This document shows positions 11,557 to 21,435 of a stretch of 64,000 bases of DNA, piece after piece. Within the stretch, counting starts at the first letter, position 1. Each line of letters opens with the position of its first letter. The notes under the pieces were generated by a model. It saw only the letters and a list, made by a program, of their open reading frames with translations, had not been told where the DNA came from and did not search any database. The translations under genes were made by a program, and so were the position numbers. Where the stretch lies: positions 1 through 64,000 of the forward strand of contig DYFC01000017.1 in the NCBI GenBank assembly GCA_020725385.1, written 5' to 3'. The DNA comes from Nitrospira japonica (GTDB taxonomy: Bacteria; Nitrospirota; Thermodesulfovibrionia; Thermodesulfovibrionales; SM23-35).

Positions 11557-14500
11557 TCCTGCAGAATACCTTCTGTCTTTTTTATAAGACTCAGGATTTC
11601 ATTGTCATAGGGGTCTATCTTTAGATATGTTTCAAAAAGTCTGCGGGCTTTGGTTATATCTCCGGCATTTAGTAACATCTGACTGTATGGCAAGACAACC
11701 GAACGATTAAATCGGGATGCCTTCAATGCTTCAATAAAATATTCTTCAGCAATTTTGTAATTTCCTTCTTCCCAGTATATTAATGCAAGGTTCGATAAAA
11801 AAACGTAATTCATAGGCCAAAGTCTTACAAGGTCAAGAAGAATTGCTTTTCCCCTTGCTATATTGCCTGATTTTACATTTACCTCTGCCTGCATATAATT
11901 CAGATCAGGAGAATCAGGATACCTGTTAACTGCATTAACCAACAATTCATTTGCTTTTTTGAGCTCTCCACTTTCAATGATACTCTGTATCTTATCAATC
12001 TCCAGGTTTATCTTTACATGTCTTTGTCTTTCTGCTTCTTCTATCCTTAAGTACAAATCTTCATATTGCTCTGAAATTTTCTTTATATCAAACATCTCAC
12101 AAACTCTCTGCCTTGCGCTCTTACCGAATTGCTCCCTTAAATCAGGTGAAAAAGCTAATCCGGTCAGAGAACTAATCAATGCATCGGTGTCCTTTGTTTC
12201 TACAACCAGTCCCTCAATTCCATCCCGGATAATTTCAGGCACTCCTCCGGTTGCAAATGATACAACAGGCAAACCGCAGGACATTGCCTCAAGAACAGCA
12301 AGAGGACAATTCTCTGCCAGGGATGTAAAAAGAAATATATCCAGTGATGAATAAAGCTTTGCAAGTTCTTTTTCGTCATTTACAGGTGGTATATTCCTGA
12401 CATATGGCATCCCTGAATCTCCAGATGCTCCAATATTTAGGAACTCACAATCAGGAAAACTTTCCCTCATCTTCTCCATTGCTTTTAGTACATATTCTCC
12501 ACCCTTGAAAGTGCTCATCAAAACCCCGCCATTAGAAATGTTACCAAAAAGAAGTTTATCGGCAGGCAGTCCAAATTCCTTTCGCGCTTTGTCTTTCGGA
12601 TAAGGTCTGAAGACTTCTGTGTCAACACCATTATATATAAGCTCTATCTGCTGGTTACCGAGTATGCTCTTTTCAACTTTGTCTTTCAACCACTTAGACG
12701 GTACTACTATATAAAGCCTTGAATGTTCATAAATGAATTTCTTATCCTTCCATAACTCTGAAGTCGAATCAACTGCAAGTCCGGGATATATCGTAAGATC
12801 AGGACAATTACCGCATCCTGTCTGCCATTTTTCACACTCAAAAGAATGTGCGCAATGCCCTGTAAATGACTGCATGTCATGTAATGTCCAGACCACCGGT
12901 TTAAAATGAGAAAGCGATGAGATTGCAAAGGGACTGAAATAACCTCCGTGAAGATTGTGAAAATGTACTATATCAGAAGATTGTATTAATGGATGATTTA
13001 CCAGTTCATAACTCTTTTGGAATTCATAGTCAAGCCATCCCTCCCTATAACAACTCTCGTGTAACGCTGCATCGACCTCATATGGAATTGAAACAGAATG
13101 ATCCGAATTGCTCCATTTGTTCTTAACCAGCATTTTCGAAGAATGCCCCTTGAGCCTTTGAGTCTCGGATAATCTCCATGCTACCTTAGCAGCCCCACCT
13201 GCTATGTCATCTGTGTTGATATGGACGATGGAAAGACGCTTTTGGGGCGGTGAGTCATATAGCCCATAAATCATGCCGTTACTATCAAGTTCTGTTTCAA
13301 CTGGTATTCTACAAAGTAGTGACCGAGGCTGGTTAACAGGTTCATTATTGGATATTTTAGATAACATTTTTTCAGCCCATTTAATAGTTTTTAGACTGTA
13401 CAAATTCGGGTGGTTTAGAACTATTTGGGCTTTCAATTCAATGTCATGTTTATACGCATTAGTAAGCATGCTATCGCCTTTGATTCTGTACATAAATAAA
13501 AGTTTAGGAACTCTTTTTCCAAAAAAGCCTTTCTCACCACATGCAATCCAGAAATCCCAATCCTCATATCCCCAGAGCATCTTAGTGTTATAACCGCCTA
13601 CAGCTTCCCATGCTTTTCTTCTGAATAAAGAGCAATAATTTAGTATGTTAATTAAAGAGAGTCTTTTGAGATCATACTCTCCTGTTGGGTATGTATCATT
13701 AACCGAGCCAAATCTTATCGTATCTGTATATGCGATAGCAATTTCCGGGTTATTTTCAAGTAAATCTACTGTATTTTCGAGCATCTCGGGAAGTATTTTG
13801 TCATCGGCATCTAAAGGAAGTATATATTTTCCCCGAGAATTTTTAATGCCAAAATTCCTTGCGTCAGCAAGTCCGCCATTTTGCTTTTCAGCAAGGATAA
13901 TTTTCTTGTCAGGATATTTTGAAATTAATTCCCTCGCAACTTCGCTTGTATTATCGGGACTCCCATCATTTACTATAATACATTCCCAATCTTGAAATGT
14001 CTGATTTACAACACTTTCAACAGCTTCATTTAAAAAATGAGCCTGATTGTAACACGGAATTACTATAGAAACCATTGGAGGCCGGTATTCATCAATTTTT
14101 ATAGGCTCTATAAATTTAAACCTAACTTCCTGATGACAGGCATTAGGGATGAAATTAATATATTCATTTATGTCAATTCTCTTTCCCTCAGAAAATATTG
14201 CAGCGAGGTTATCGGTAGTATATTTGGTATCTTTATTTGCCCTGTTTTTCCATTCTGTCTGAACAATATTCATAGGAGCAGAGAAAGCGACAGATTCTTC
14301 AAAGCATAAAATCTCGGGGAAATCGGATTGGAAATAAGATTTGTTGCTTGCCATAATATATTCAAGAGTGTTTGGATTTTTAAATTCCAGTTTAGCTATA
14401 AAGGGTATTATGTCTTCTGCTCTGTATAAAGAACTTGAAACTTCTAATGGATAACCAAAATCATGCTCTGCCTTTGTCCAGTCATATTTGAAAAGATTTT

Positions 14501-14930
14501 TACCAATACTCTGAAGATCCGGAACTCTCTGCGCCTTGTCAAGAGAATAACAATAAATAGTGTTACTTCCCAATCTCAATGAAACACCAATTGCACGGGG
14601 TTGCTCTGAAAAACTTTCAATAGTATTTCTTAAACTAAAATCTCTTATAAAAATGGTATCATCAACCAGAAAAAGAACATAATCAAAAGGTGCAATCAAG
14701 GCAATAACATCTAACCTGAAATTTTCTTCTTTGATGAATTGAATAAAGGGATATTTTTGATAGTCATTCTTTAATGCTTCATACTGTATCGCGTGTAAAT
14801 CAGATGAAGTCTTAAATAATACTCTTGTTTCGAATTCATCTGCGTCTTTACAGTGAAGCAGAAAAGAACGGATTGTAGCATCAAGCTGTAAAGCACGGTC
14901 TTTAGAAAATATAAGAACTATACAACTCAT
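11553..14930 (-). CDS. Multidomain glycosyltransferase (GT-A-like + GT2 + GT4 + TPR)
   Basis: VSIVIPCYNQ/LDADD/YEDWDFW (GT2); GGAA, WTLHD, ENCPLAVLEAMSCGLP (GT4); helical TPR-like C-terminus. Confidence 0.88.
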   Translation of the reverse strand: MSCIVLIFSKDRALQLDATIRSFLLHCKDADEFETRVLFKTSSDLHAIQYEALKNDYQKYPFIQFIKEENFRLDVIALIAPFDYVLFLVDDTIFIRDFSLRNTIESFSEQPRAIGVSLRLGSNTIYCYSLDKAQRVPDLQSIGKNLFKYDWTKAEHDFGYPLEVSSSLYRAEDIIPFIAKLEFKNPNTLEYIMASNKSYFQSDFPEILCFEESVAFSAPMNIVQTEWKNRANKDTKYTTDNLAAIFSEGKRIDINEYINFIPNACHQEVRFKFIEPIKIDEYRPPMVSIVIPCYNQAHFLNEAVESVVNQTFQDWECIIVNDGSPDNTSEVARELISKYPDKKIILAEKQNGGLADARNFGIKNSRGKYILPLDADDKILPEMLENTVDLLENNPEIAIAYTDTIRFGSVNDTYPTGEYDLKRLSLINILNYCSLFRRKAWEAVGGYNTKMLWGYEDWDFWIACGEKGFFGKRVPKLLFMYRIKGDSMLTNAYKHDIELKAQIVLNHPNLYSLKTIKWAEKMLSKISNNEPVNQPRSLLCRIPVETELDSNGMIYGLYDSPPQKRLSIVHINTDDIAGGAAKVAWRLSETQRLKGHSSKMLVKNKWSNSDHSVSIPYEVDAALHESCYREGWLDYEFQKSYELVNHPLIQSSDIVHFHNLHGGYFSPFAISSLSHFKPVVWTLHDMQSFTGHCAHSFECEKWQTGCGNCPDLTIYPGLAVDSTSELWKDKKFIYEHSRLYIVVPSKWLKDKVEKSILGNQQIELIYNGVDTEVFRPYPKDKARKEFGLPADKLLFGNISNGGVLMSTFKGGEYVLKAMEKMRESFPDCEFLNIGASGDSGMPYVRNIPPVNDEKELAKLYSSLDIFLFTSLAENCPLAVLEAMSCGLPVVSFATGGVPEIIRDGIEGLVVETKDTDALISSLTGLAFSPDLREQFGKSARQRVCEMFDIKKISEQYEDLYLRIEEAERQRHVKINLEIDKIQSIIESGELKKANELLVNAVNRYPDSPDLNYMQAEVNVKSGNIARGKAILLDLVRLWPMNYVFLSNLALIYWEEGNYKIAEEYFIEALKASRFNRSVVLPYSQMLLNAGDITKARRLFETYLKIDPYDNEILSLIKKTEGILQD

Positions 14931-15361
14931 TTTTTCGAATACTTTTCAAAAGGATTTTCTATAAGTATGCCTTCAATAATTTGTCCAGCGTTCAGGTCTT
15001 CGGTAAATATTTTATCAACCTTTGCCTCATATGCTGCAACAACTACCAAAGCGTCCCAGAAAGAGATGCGATATTTTTCCTCAATTTCGGATGCTCTTAT
15101 AATAGACATCGGATGGTTTTCTTTAATATCCCAACTTAAATATGCCCTGATTATTTCCCTTGCTTCTAAAGGTGAGATAGGCGATAGAATCTTTTTTGTT
15201 ACATTAATATAAAATTCTTGCAATATCTGTGTGCTTAATACACCATTCCTCTTTTCCCACAGATCTTTTACAATTTGAAGTGCAATAGTGTGTTTCATAC
15301 CCGCATCAAGATCATGTGCATAAATAAGGATATTTGTATCAAGAAAGATTTTATCGCTCAT
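14927..15361 (-). CDS. vapC: PIN-domain toxin (VapC family)
   Basis: FLDTNILIYA, QILQEF, SFWDALVV, TEDL. Confidence 0.9.
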   Translation of the reverse strand: MSDKIFLDTNILIYAHDLDAGMKHTIALQIVKDLWEKRNGVLSTQILQEFYINVTKKILSPISPLEAREIIRAYLSWDIKENHPMSIIRASEIEEKYRISFWDALVVVAAYEAKVDKIFTEDLNAGQIIEGILIENPFEKYSKK

Positions 15362-15596
15362 GAATCTCTTCTCTTGAGCAAGTTATCTTGCCACCCATAT
15401 GAAAACCTTTATCCAATATGGATAGTGCCTTCTTTTTGGAAATCGCATAAGATTCTTCTTGATTGATAATTTCTTTTAAAAAATCACTTAAGAGCCGGCT
15501 CAATGATGTGTCTCTTTTAGATGCAATAACTTTGCCTTTTTTTATCAAATCTTTTTCTAAACTCAAAGTAATATTTTGTTTCATTCTTATTTTCAT
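15351..15596 (-). CDS. Ribbon-helix-helix antitoxin (VapB/CopG-like)
   Basis: QNITLSL..DLIKK..SLSRLL, ends SREEIHER; overlaps vapC; start may be 15584. Confidence 0.8.
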   Translation of the reverse strand: MKIRMKQNITLSLEKDLIKKGKVIASKRDTSLSRLLSDFLKEIINQEESYAISKKKALSILDKGFHMGGKITCSREEIHER

Positions 15597-15622
15597 ACGC
15601 TATAAAATTTGTGGTTGATTTT

Positions 15623-15651
15623 AAATTAACACGTAATTTACGTGTTGTCAA
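15623..15651 (-). promoter_or_regulatory. sigma70 promoter of the vapBC pair with palindromic operator
   Basis: TTGACA-17-TAATTT on the minus strand; perfect palindrome AACACGTAA-T-TTACGTGTT (15628-15646) fills the spacer. Confidence 0.75.
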
Positions 15652-15727
15652 TATAACATCTTCGAACGGTTATTATTAAAATATCCAGTTTTTATAATTA
15701 ATGCTATCTGTAAGAGATAAAGAACTC

Positions 15728-18115
15728 TTAATCTTTCTTTAATTTTTCCAATAATTTCTTAGCGTTATTATTTTCAGGATCAAGTGTTAAAGCTGCAATT
15801 AAAAGATTCTGTGCTTTTTTATAATTTGAATTTTCTATTTCAATCTCTGCAAGATTAATAAAAGATGGAACATGCCTGAAATCTTTCTGTAACCTTCTAC
15901 TTAGCATTAAACTTTTTTCATTTCTTTTTGAAGAAGAAATAGGTTTGACCATTTCAACATGGTAACCTACTGTAAACTGATCAATAAAACATTTGTCATC
16001 TAATTCGAAAAGATAACGAGGTAATATCTCGTTAAATAGTTTGTAAATAAATTCAGCATATTCATGGTGTAAATGCTTATGTTTTTCAAATGTCCAAGCT
16101 ACACGTGCGCATTCTTGAGAAAGCAACTTAAAAAAACCACCATTTGGTACGATTTCTATAATCTGTAAATTGAATTTATTCGCTATAAATTTATACCATT
16201 CTGGGGTAAATCCACCATAATAATGATAAGGAAGTTGGTGTAATCCGGAACCAAGTGGAGCTGTGAGCAATAGATGTCCATCTGGTTTTAATATACGTAC
16301 AATTTCTCCAATCGCTTTAATTGGCTCGGGAACATGTTCAAGAACTTCGGTGCAAAGAATAACGTCAAAGTAATTATCTGGCACAGGAATATTAGTAATA
16401 TCAGATTCAAAATCTATTGCTCCATATTCTGTTGTGCCACCGAGTTTTTCCCCAGTATATTTTTTAAAATCATGTGTTTTGTAATCACAGTGAACAAAAT
16501 ATGACCTATAAGGGCATGTTCCAGCACCAACATCTAATACACGTGCACCTTTAGGAATAGTTTTAGCTTTTTTCTGAACCCAATAGTCGCGATATAATTG
16601 ATTAAACCCGTGAATTTCTGAAAGTGTTCTTTGATTTTTAGAGGAAAAACAAATTGAGTCTAAAATTGAGTTATTTTGAAGGTAACTAAAAGCCTTCGGG
16701 GAATTTATAACATTATGTTGTTTGTTAAACATATCCCGGAGTTGTTTTTTCCATATTTCAAAAGAAGCTTTTTCATTAATTGATACAGTGCTTTCTAAAA
16801 GCAATTCGTCAGCGACTCGAAGGAGTTCATTAAAAGATAAAGTACGAGATTTAAATGCAACTGCCTGTACATTTGATAAAAAAGGTTCTTTTTGCCATTG
16901 TGTTGTTTTTATATCGACTGGGTCAAATCCAAACTTAGTTAGCGTATGTTTGAATCTATCAGAAAACCAATTGTCTAAATGAAAAGCCCACTCCGCGGTC
17001 TGGTCACCTGTTAAGTGACGGATAGCAGCTATTTTGAAACGCCACGGAGCATCTGAGATTATCATTTTTGCACTTCCAACAAAATCAGGTGTTTCGATAC
17101 AAAGTTTTCCTCCAATTTTTAACCATTGATGCCATTTTATTAATAAATAAAGTGCAGTTACCCTGCTAAAATGTTCGAAGACATGATGTAAACGAATCTC
17201 GTCTACCGAGTCGGATGGAAAACCAAGGGTAAGAATATCAGCATAAATATCAGCCTTGACTTCCATCACGTTATGTTCTGATGGTGGAAAATCAATATTT
17301 ACATAACCTTCAAGATACTGTTCTCCGCAACCGAGATGAAGACGAAGAGGTTGGTTTTCAGACCAGAGACCTTTTTGTCGTATTATATCGTATAAATTAA
17401 TTTCCTGTTTTTCTACTAAATTTATTTCATTATCATTATCATGCTTTTTATACATATCTGAATCTCTTGTGTAAATATCTCCCCATAATAAATCATTATT
17501 TAGACTTTCTTTTTCTATATAATTGAAGAGGATATCTTTACTAACCCATTTAGAAAAATTAAAGTTATTATTTTCTCCAAATGCAACATTGAATTCACTA
17601 TATCCAATATCTTGAAGATATTGGATACATTTTTTAGCATCGTCCAAAAATTCGATGGTAAATTCGAAAGATAAGAATGGAATTTTTTTTGATAAACCCC
17701 TTAGTACTTCATATTCAAATCCTTCAACATCAATTTTGCAATATTTTGGAACTCCATATTGTTGTATTACTTCATCCAATGTGGTTACTTCTACTTCTAT
17801 TTGTTGATCCCATTCATAATTAGAAAATCTACCTTTTTTCCACCTATTTGATAAGGAAGAAATTGTAGGGGCAACGCTACAAATAGAAAGTAACATTTTG
17901 CCAGATTTTGCAGCAATACCTTTCCCGATAATAATTACATTTACATTATTGTTAAACCTTTTATGTAATTCTTTAACACAACTTGGTTGTGGCTCAATAC
18001 ATATAACTTTTGCACCTTTTTGAAGAAATTTATCAGCTTTACTACCAATATGTGCTCCTATATCAAATACTAAATCACCTTCTGAAATAAATAATTCTTC
18101 TAAAATTGTGCCCAT
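15728..18115 (-). CDS. Multidomain methyltransferase (FkbM + two class I SAM domains + TPR)
   Basis: FDIGAHIG/KIDVEGFEYEVL (FkbM); LHLGCG; VLDVGAG/EVLEHVPEP; TPR-like end. Confidence 0.85.
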   Translation of the reverse strand: MGTILEELFISEGDLVFDIGAHIGSKADKFLQKGAKVICIEPQPSCVKELHKRFNNNVNVIIIGKGIAAKSGKMLLSICSVAPTISSLSNRWKKGRFSNYEWDQQIEVEVTTLDEVIQQYGVPKYCKIDVEGFEYEVLRGLSKKIPFLSFEFTIEFLDDAKKCIQYLQDIGYSEFNVAFGENNNFNFSKWVSKDILFNYIEKESLNNDLLWGDIYTRDSDMYKKHDNDNEINLVEKQEINLYDIIRQKGLWSENQPLRLHLGCGEQYLEGYVNIDFPPSEHNVMEVKADIYADILTLGFPSDSVDEIRLHHVFEHFSRVTALYLLIKWHQWLKIGGKLCIETPDFVGSAKMIISDAPWRFKIAAIRHLTGDQTAEWAFHLDNWFSDRFKHTLTKFGFDPVDIKTTQWQKEPFLSNVQAVAFKSRTLSFNELLRVADELLLESTVSINEKASFEIWKKQLRDMFNKQHNVINSPKAFSYLQNNSILDSICFSSKNQRTLSEIHGFNQLYRDYWVQKKAKTIPKGARVLDVGAGTCPYRSYFVHCDYKTHDFKKYTGEKLGGTTEYGAIDFESDITNIPVPDNYFDVILCTEVLEHVPEPIKAIGEIVRILKPDGHLLLTAPLGSGLHQLPYHYYGGFTPEWYKFIANKFNLQIIEIVPNGGFFKLLSQECARVAWTFEKHKHLHHEYAEFIYKLFNEILPRYLFELDDKCFIDQFTVGYHVEMVKPISSSKRNEKSLMLSRRLQKDFRHVPSFINLAEIEIENSNYKKAQNLLIAALTLDPENNNAKKLLEKLKKD

Positions 18116-18124
18116 TATTTACCT

Positions 18125-18740
18125 GGTTCTTCTCCAAATTAGTTGGTATAAGCGAAAGCATTTTTAATGATTAAAGAGAAATATTCTATATCATGAAACC
18201 CATAAGCTTTACGTTTAATAACCTTAAATTTTATTGTTAATCCCCTCCATACGGCTTGTATGAATTGGAAATCTGCAATGGTTAATAATCCCATAAGCAT
18301 ATTTCTCAAGGGTTTTGTCAAAGGCTATGACAGGCTTTATAGCACTTTCTTTAGCTATAGAACACCAGTGTTTCAAAAAGCTTTCCGCACATTTCCGATA
18401 GCGATACTGCCAAAGTTTTTTCAGATAATCTTTCAGGATATAAACTATTGTAAGGGCTTCATTCAACTTAAGAAGAACTTTAAGTTTTGGTTTTTCTTCT
18501 GGAAGAAGATTACTCTTATTCTTCAGAAGAATATATTTACTCCCTTTAATAACTTCTTTGCCCTCTTTATTTGCCTTTCTGTATTCCATATTACGAACTT
18601 TATCTATTACCTGACCAAAGGCTTTGACTACATGAAACTGGTCAAACACAATTGCAGCATGGGGACAACTTTCTTTTACTGCTTTGATATAAGGATCCCA
18701 CATGTCCATCGCAATAGCCTGTATAGAATTTTTTGTTCCT
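18125..18740 (-). mobile_element. ISL3-family IS remnant: 3' half of the transposase (frameshifted) and one terminal IR
   Basis: AMDMWDPY, FDQFHVVK, EGINNKI/KVIKRKAYGF split by a frameshift near 18225; GGTTCTT-type end at 18125; 5' half absent. Confidence 0.88.
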
Positions 18741-18784
18741 CAAAAAGGTTGTGTAACATATACTTGATTTTTAAATCTATTCAT
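18740..18784 (-). pseudogene. 14-codon N-terminal stub of a DegT/VioA-like sugar aminotransferase
   Basis: MNRFKNQVYVTQPF* resembles the IYVTQPFLP start of this family; joined directly to mid-ISL3 sequence. Confidence 0.5.
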
Positions 18785-19027
18785 CTGATGCACTCTTTAG
18801 AGTAAATTTTTATTTTTAGACAATCTTTTAGGATGTCTATATTAACAAATGGCAGATATACAAAATCTGGTAATTGGTTACAAGCAGGCGAGTGCCCAAA
18901 AATATTAGGATGAATGAAATGAGGAGCGAAAAACGAACCCAACCTCTAAACTCCTTTTGATTTTTTTATTTAATTTTTACATAAAATGTCCTTTCTTTTC
19001 AATTAAAATCGTAGAAACGTGAATATA

Positions 19028-19193
19028 ATTAAAAGCGTAGAGCAGAGAGCTAAGAGCATAGAGTGAAAAACCGTAAGGCGTAAAACGGGAAAAACCGGGA
19101 ATCGTGTCCGCTGCCCGTGACCGTAAGTAAAAATGTAAAACGTAAAATGTAAGGCGTGAAACGTAAAGCGTAAACGCGTAAAACGTAAGGCGT
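19028..19193 (+). repeat. Composite microsatellite repeat R1
   Basis: AGCNNAG 7-mers, CGTAARR 7-mers and a CGTGTCCG 6-mer block; near-identical to 21035-21183 and partly to 22179-22252. Confidence 0.9.
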
Positions 19194-19565
19194 CTTATTT
19201 GCCCGAAGAATGCAGTTAAAAAAATTAGAAAGCAGACTTGCCTAGATTTATGAAGACTTATGCAAATAAGTCTTGAATATTTTTATTCAATGGAAAAAGA
19301 TAAATTTCTTTTTATAATCCTATACGTTCTGCGTTTATCTGTGTCCCAATGCATTTTTCGGGTGTATTACCATATTTATTCAGCATTTACTATAATTCCT
19401 GTCATCCTGAACTCGTTTCAGTATCTCTATATTTTTAAAAATAGATTCTAAAATTCAGTGCGACATTGTATATATAGACTTTGAATCGAGAGCAGAGTCA
19501 CATGAAAGGAGGTTTTGGACAGTCTGTAAATATTTTTTCTTGAAAAATCAACTATTCACTTATCT

Positions 19566-19739
19566 CTACGACAACCTTTTAATGATTCTTTTAGCTAAGC
19601 CGTCTTCAATCTCTTTATGTCTTGGAATAGGTTGACTTTTACCTGTTTTAGGATTTTTATACCAATCATGATTAGCACCGTGGCGAACGAAAATACAACC
19701 AATTGAATTAATTATTTTTATCAATTTTTCTCTTTTCAA
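19566..19739 (-). CDS. hicA: HicA mRNA interferase toxin (not in ORF track, 57 aa)
   Basis: MKREKLIKIINSIGCIFVRHGANHDWYKNPKTGKSQPIPRHKEIEDGLAKRIIKRLS; TTG start overlaps the hicB stop. Confidence 0.9.
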   Translation of the reverse strand: MKREKLIKIINSIGCIFVRHGANHDWYKNPKTGKSQPIPRHKEIEDGLAKRIIKRLS

Positions 19740-19927
19740 ATTGCTACTTCTAATATACTAAAAGGTTCTGCATCTGGTACTAATCCTTCTTTAATATCAT
19801 TAGCTATTTCTATTAAATTATTTTTTAATTCTTCCAATGTCTTACCCTGACTTTCATAATCAGGATATTCCTGAATATGTCCTACATACCATTCTTTTTC
19901 TTTTTTATATATAATATTTATCTTCAT
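19736..19927 (-). CDS. hicB: HicB antitoxin (short, no DNA-binding domain)
   Basis: WYVGHIQEYPDYESQGKTLEELKNNL. Confidence 0.9.
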   Translation of the reverse strand: MKINIIYKKEKEWYVGHIQEYPDYESQGKTLEELKNNLIEIANDIKEGLVPDAEPFSILEVAI

Positions 19928-20052
19928 AATTTTATCCTTACAGCACTTTTTATGAATTTAAAAAGGTTTAGGGGTCAATCAGTCATCTCCTTACTTTTCA
20001 TATTTTATTGATTTATATTAAAGTATAACCTTCTTTTGTTTCAACAGAATTT

Positions 20053-20385
20053 TGACAATAGCGAGCAAGCCTGCAAGCAAACAACAATTGTTCTATGTAC
20101 AATGTTCTAAGTTCTAAGTTCTATGTTCCATGTTCTACGTTCTAAGTTCTATGTTAAAAAGATAGCAGCAGCAGAAGAAGAAGTTATCAAGAAGCCAAGC
20201 AACAGCCGCAAGGCGTGAAACGTGAAACCGTAAAACGTAAAGTGTGATTTTTTTAACATTTTACTCTTTACGATTTACTTTTTATAGGAGAAAACGTAAA
20301 TCTAAGAGTAAAAATAGCGTGAAATGTACGCACGTTAGGAGTAAAATTAAACTCTAAAATATTAAACATAAAACCGTAAAACGTG
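20053..20385 (+). repeat. Composite microsatellite repeat R2
   Basis: 20053-20202 matches 20854-21003 at 147/150; nine GTTCTAW-type 7-mers, GCA/GAA triplets, CGTAAAA 7-mers and an inverted TTTTACG tail. Confidence 0.92.
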
Positions 20386-20455
20386 CAACTTTGCTTTTTT
20401 TTACTAATAAAAGGTAAAATTGAATCTAACGTATATGAGAGGAGGTTTTTTCCCT

Positions 20456-20659
20456 TTGATTAAAAATTTTACTCTTGAATATTGGCTTGACGAAGGTTGG
20501 TATGTAGGTAGGTTAAAAGAAGTTCCCGGGGTGTTCAGTCAAGGTGAGACTATTGAAGAATTAGAAAAAAATATACAAGAAGCTTATAAATTAATGTTGG
20601 AAGAAGAGGAGCCAATCCGGGATAATGTTCAAGAAAAGGAGATTGAAGTCAAAGTTTGA
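20456..20659 (+). CDS. hicB: HicB antitoxin (short, no DNA-binding domain)
   Basis: WYVGRLKEVPGVFSQGETIEELEKNI; GAGGAGG RBS supports TTG start at 20456. Confidence 0.9.
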   Translation: MIKNFTLEYWLDEGWYVGRLKEVPGVFSQGETIEELEKNIQEAYKLMLEEEEPIRDNVQEKEIEVKV

Positions 20660-20835
20660 AAAGACAAGAATTCATTAGGGAACTTGTCAATGCAGGATGT
20701 TACCTCAAAAGGCATGGTTCAAACCATGATATTTACATAAATCCTAAAACTGGCAGTAAATCACCTGTTCCAAGACACCATGAAATCAAAGGCAGTCTTT
20801 GTAAACTAATTAAAAAACAACTTGGTATCATATAA
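20656..20835 (+). CDS. hicA: HicA mRNA interferase toxin (not in ORF track, 59 aa)
   Basis: MKRQEFIRELVNAGCYLKRHGSNHDIYINPKTGSKSPVPRHHEIKGSLCKLIKKQLGII; TTGA overlap with hicB. Confidence 0.9.
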   Translation: MKRQEFIRELVNAGCYLKRHGSNHDIYINPKTGSKSPVPRHHEIKGSLCKLIKKQLGII

Positions 20836-20853
20836 ATATATCTATTAACCCGA

Positions 20854-21285
20854 TGACAATAACGAACAAGCCTGCAAGCAAACAACAATCGTTCTATGTA
20901 CAATGTTCTAAGTTCTAAGTTCTATGTTCCATGTTCTACGTTCTAAGTTCTATGTTAAAAAGATAGCAGCAGCAGAAGAAGAAGTTATCAAGAAGCCAAG
21001 CAAAAAAGACCGTAAAACGTAAAGTGTAAGTATGATTAAAAGCGTAGAGCAGAGAGCTAAGAGCATAGAGTGAAAAAACCGTAAGGCGTAAAACGTGGAA
21101 AACCGGGAGTCGTGTCCGTTGTCCGTGACCGTAAGCAAAAACGTGAACTGTAAACACGTAAAATGTAAGGCGTGAAATGTAAAAAAGTAGCCAAGTAGCC
21201 AAGAAGCCAAGAACAGCCATAAAGCGTAAAGCGTTAAACGCTAAATGTGGATGATGATTTTCTTACACTTTATTTGTACGATTTA
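20854..21285 (+). repeat. Composite microsatellite repeat R3 (5' part of R2 fused to R1)
   Basis: 20854-21003 matches R2, 21035-21183 matches R1, followed by AAGTAGCC 8-mers and a degenerate inverted tail. Confidence 0.92.
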
Positions 21286-21435
21286 TGAAAATTTGTATTC
21301 TAACTAAAAAATGCAGATATTGTCATAAAGCCCCTTAAATGCTGGAGATGCTAAAATAATCTGAACTTGTTCAGAATCTAAATCTTTCCACCTTTAAACT
21401 AACAGGGATTAGAGGTGATTTTATGTTTCTTACTC

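Noticed and set aside
18260-18805. Antisense and nested ORFs (e.g. 18260-18805, 32016-32495, 114-347, 25279-25713)
   Set aside because: Shadows of well-supported genes on the opposite strand or in another frame.
20936-21220. ORFs 20936-21220 and 20950-21210 (-)
   Set aside because: Translations of 7-mer repeats (FTFHALRFT-type), lying entirely within repeat R3.
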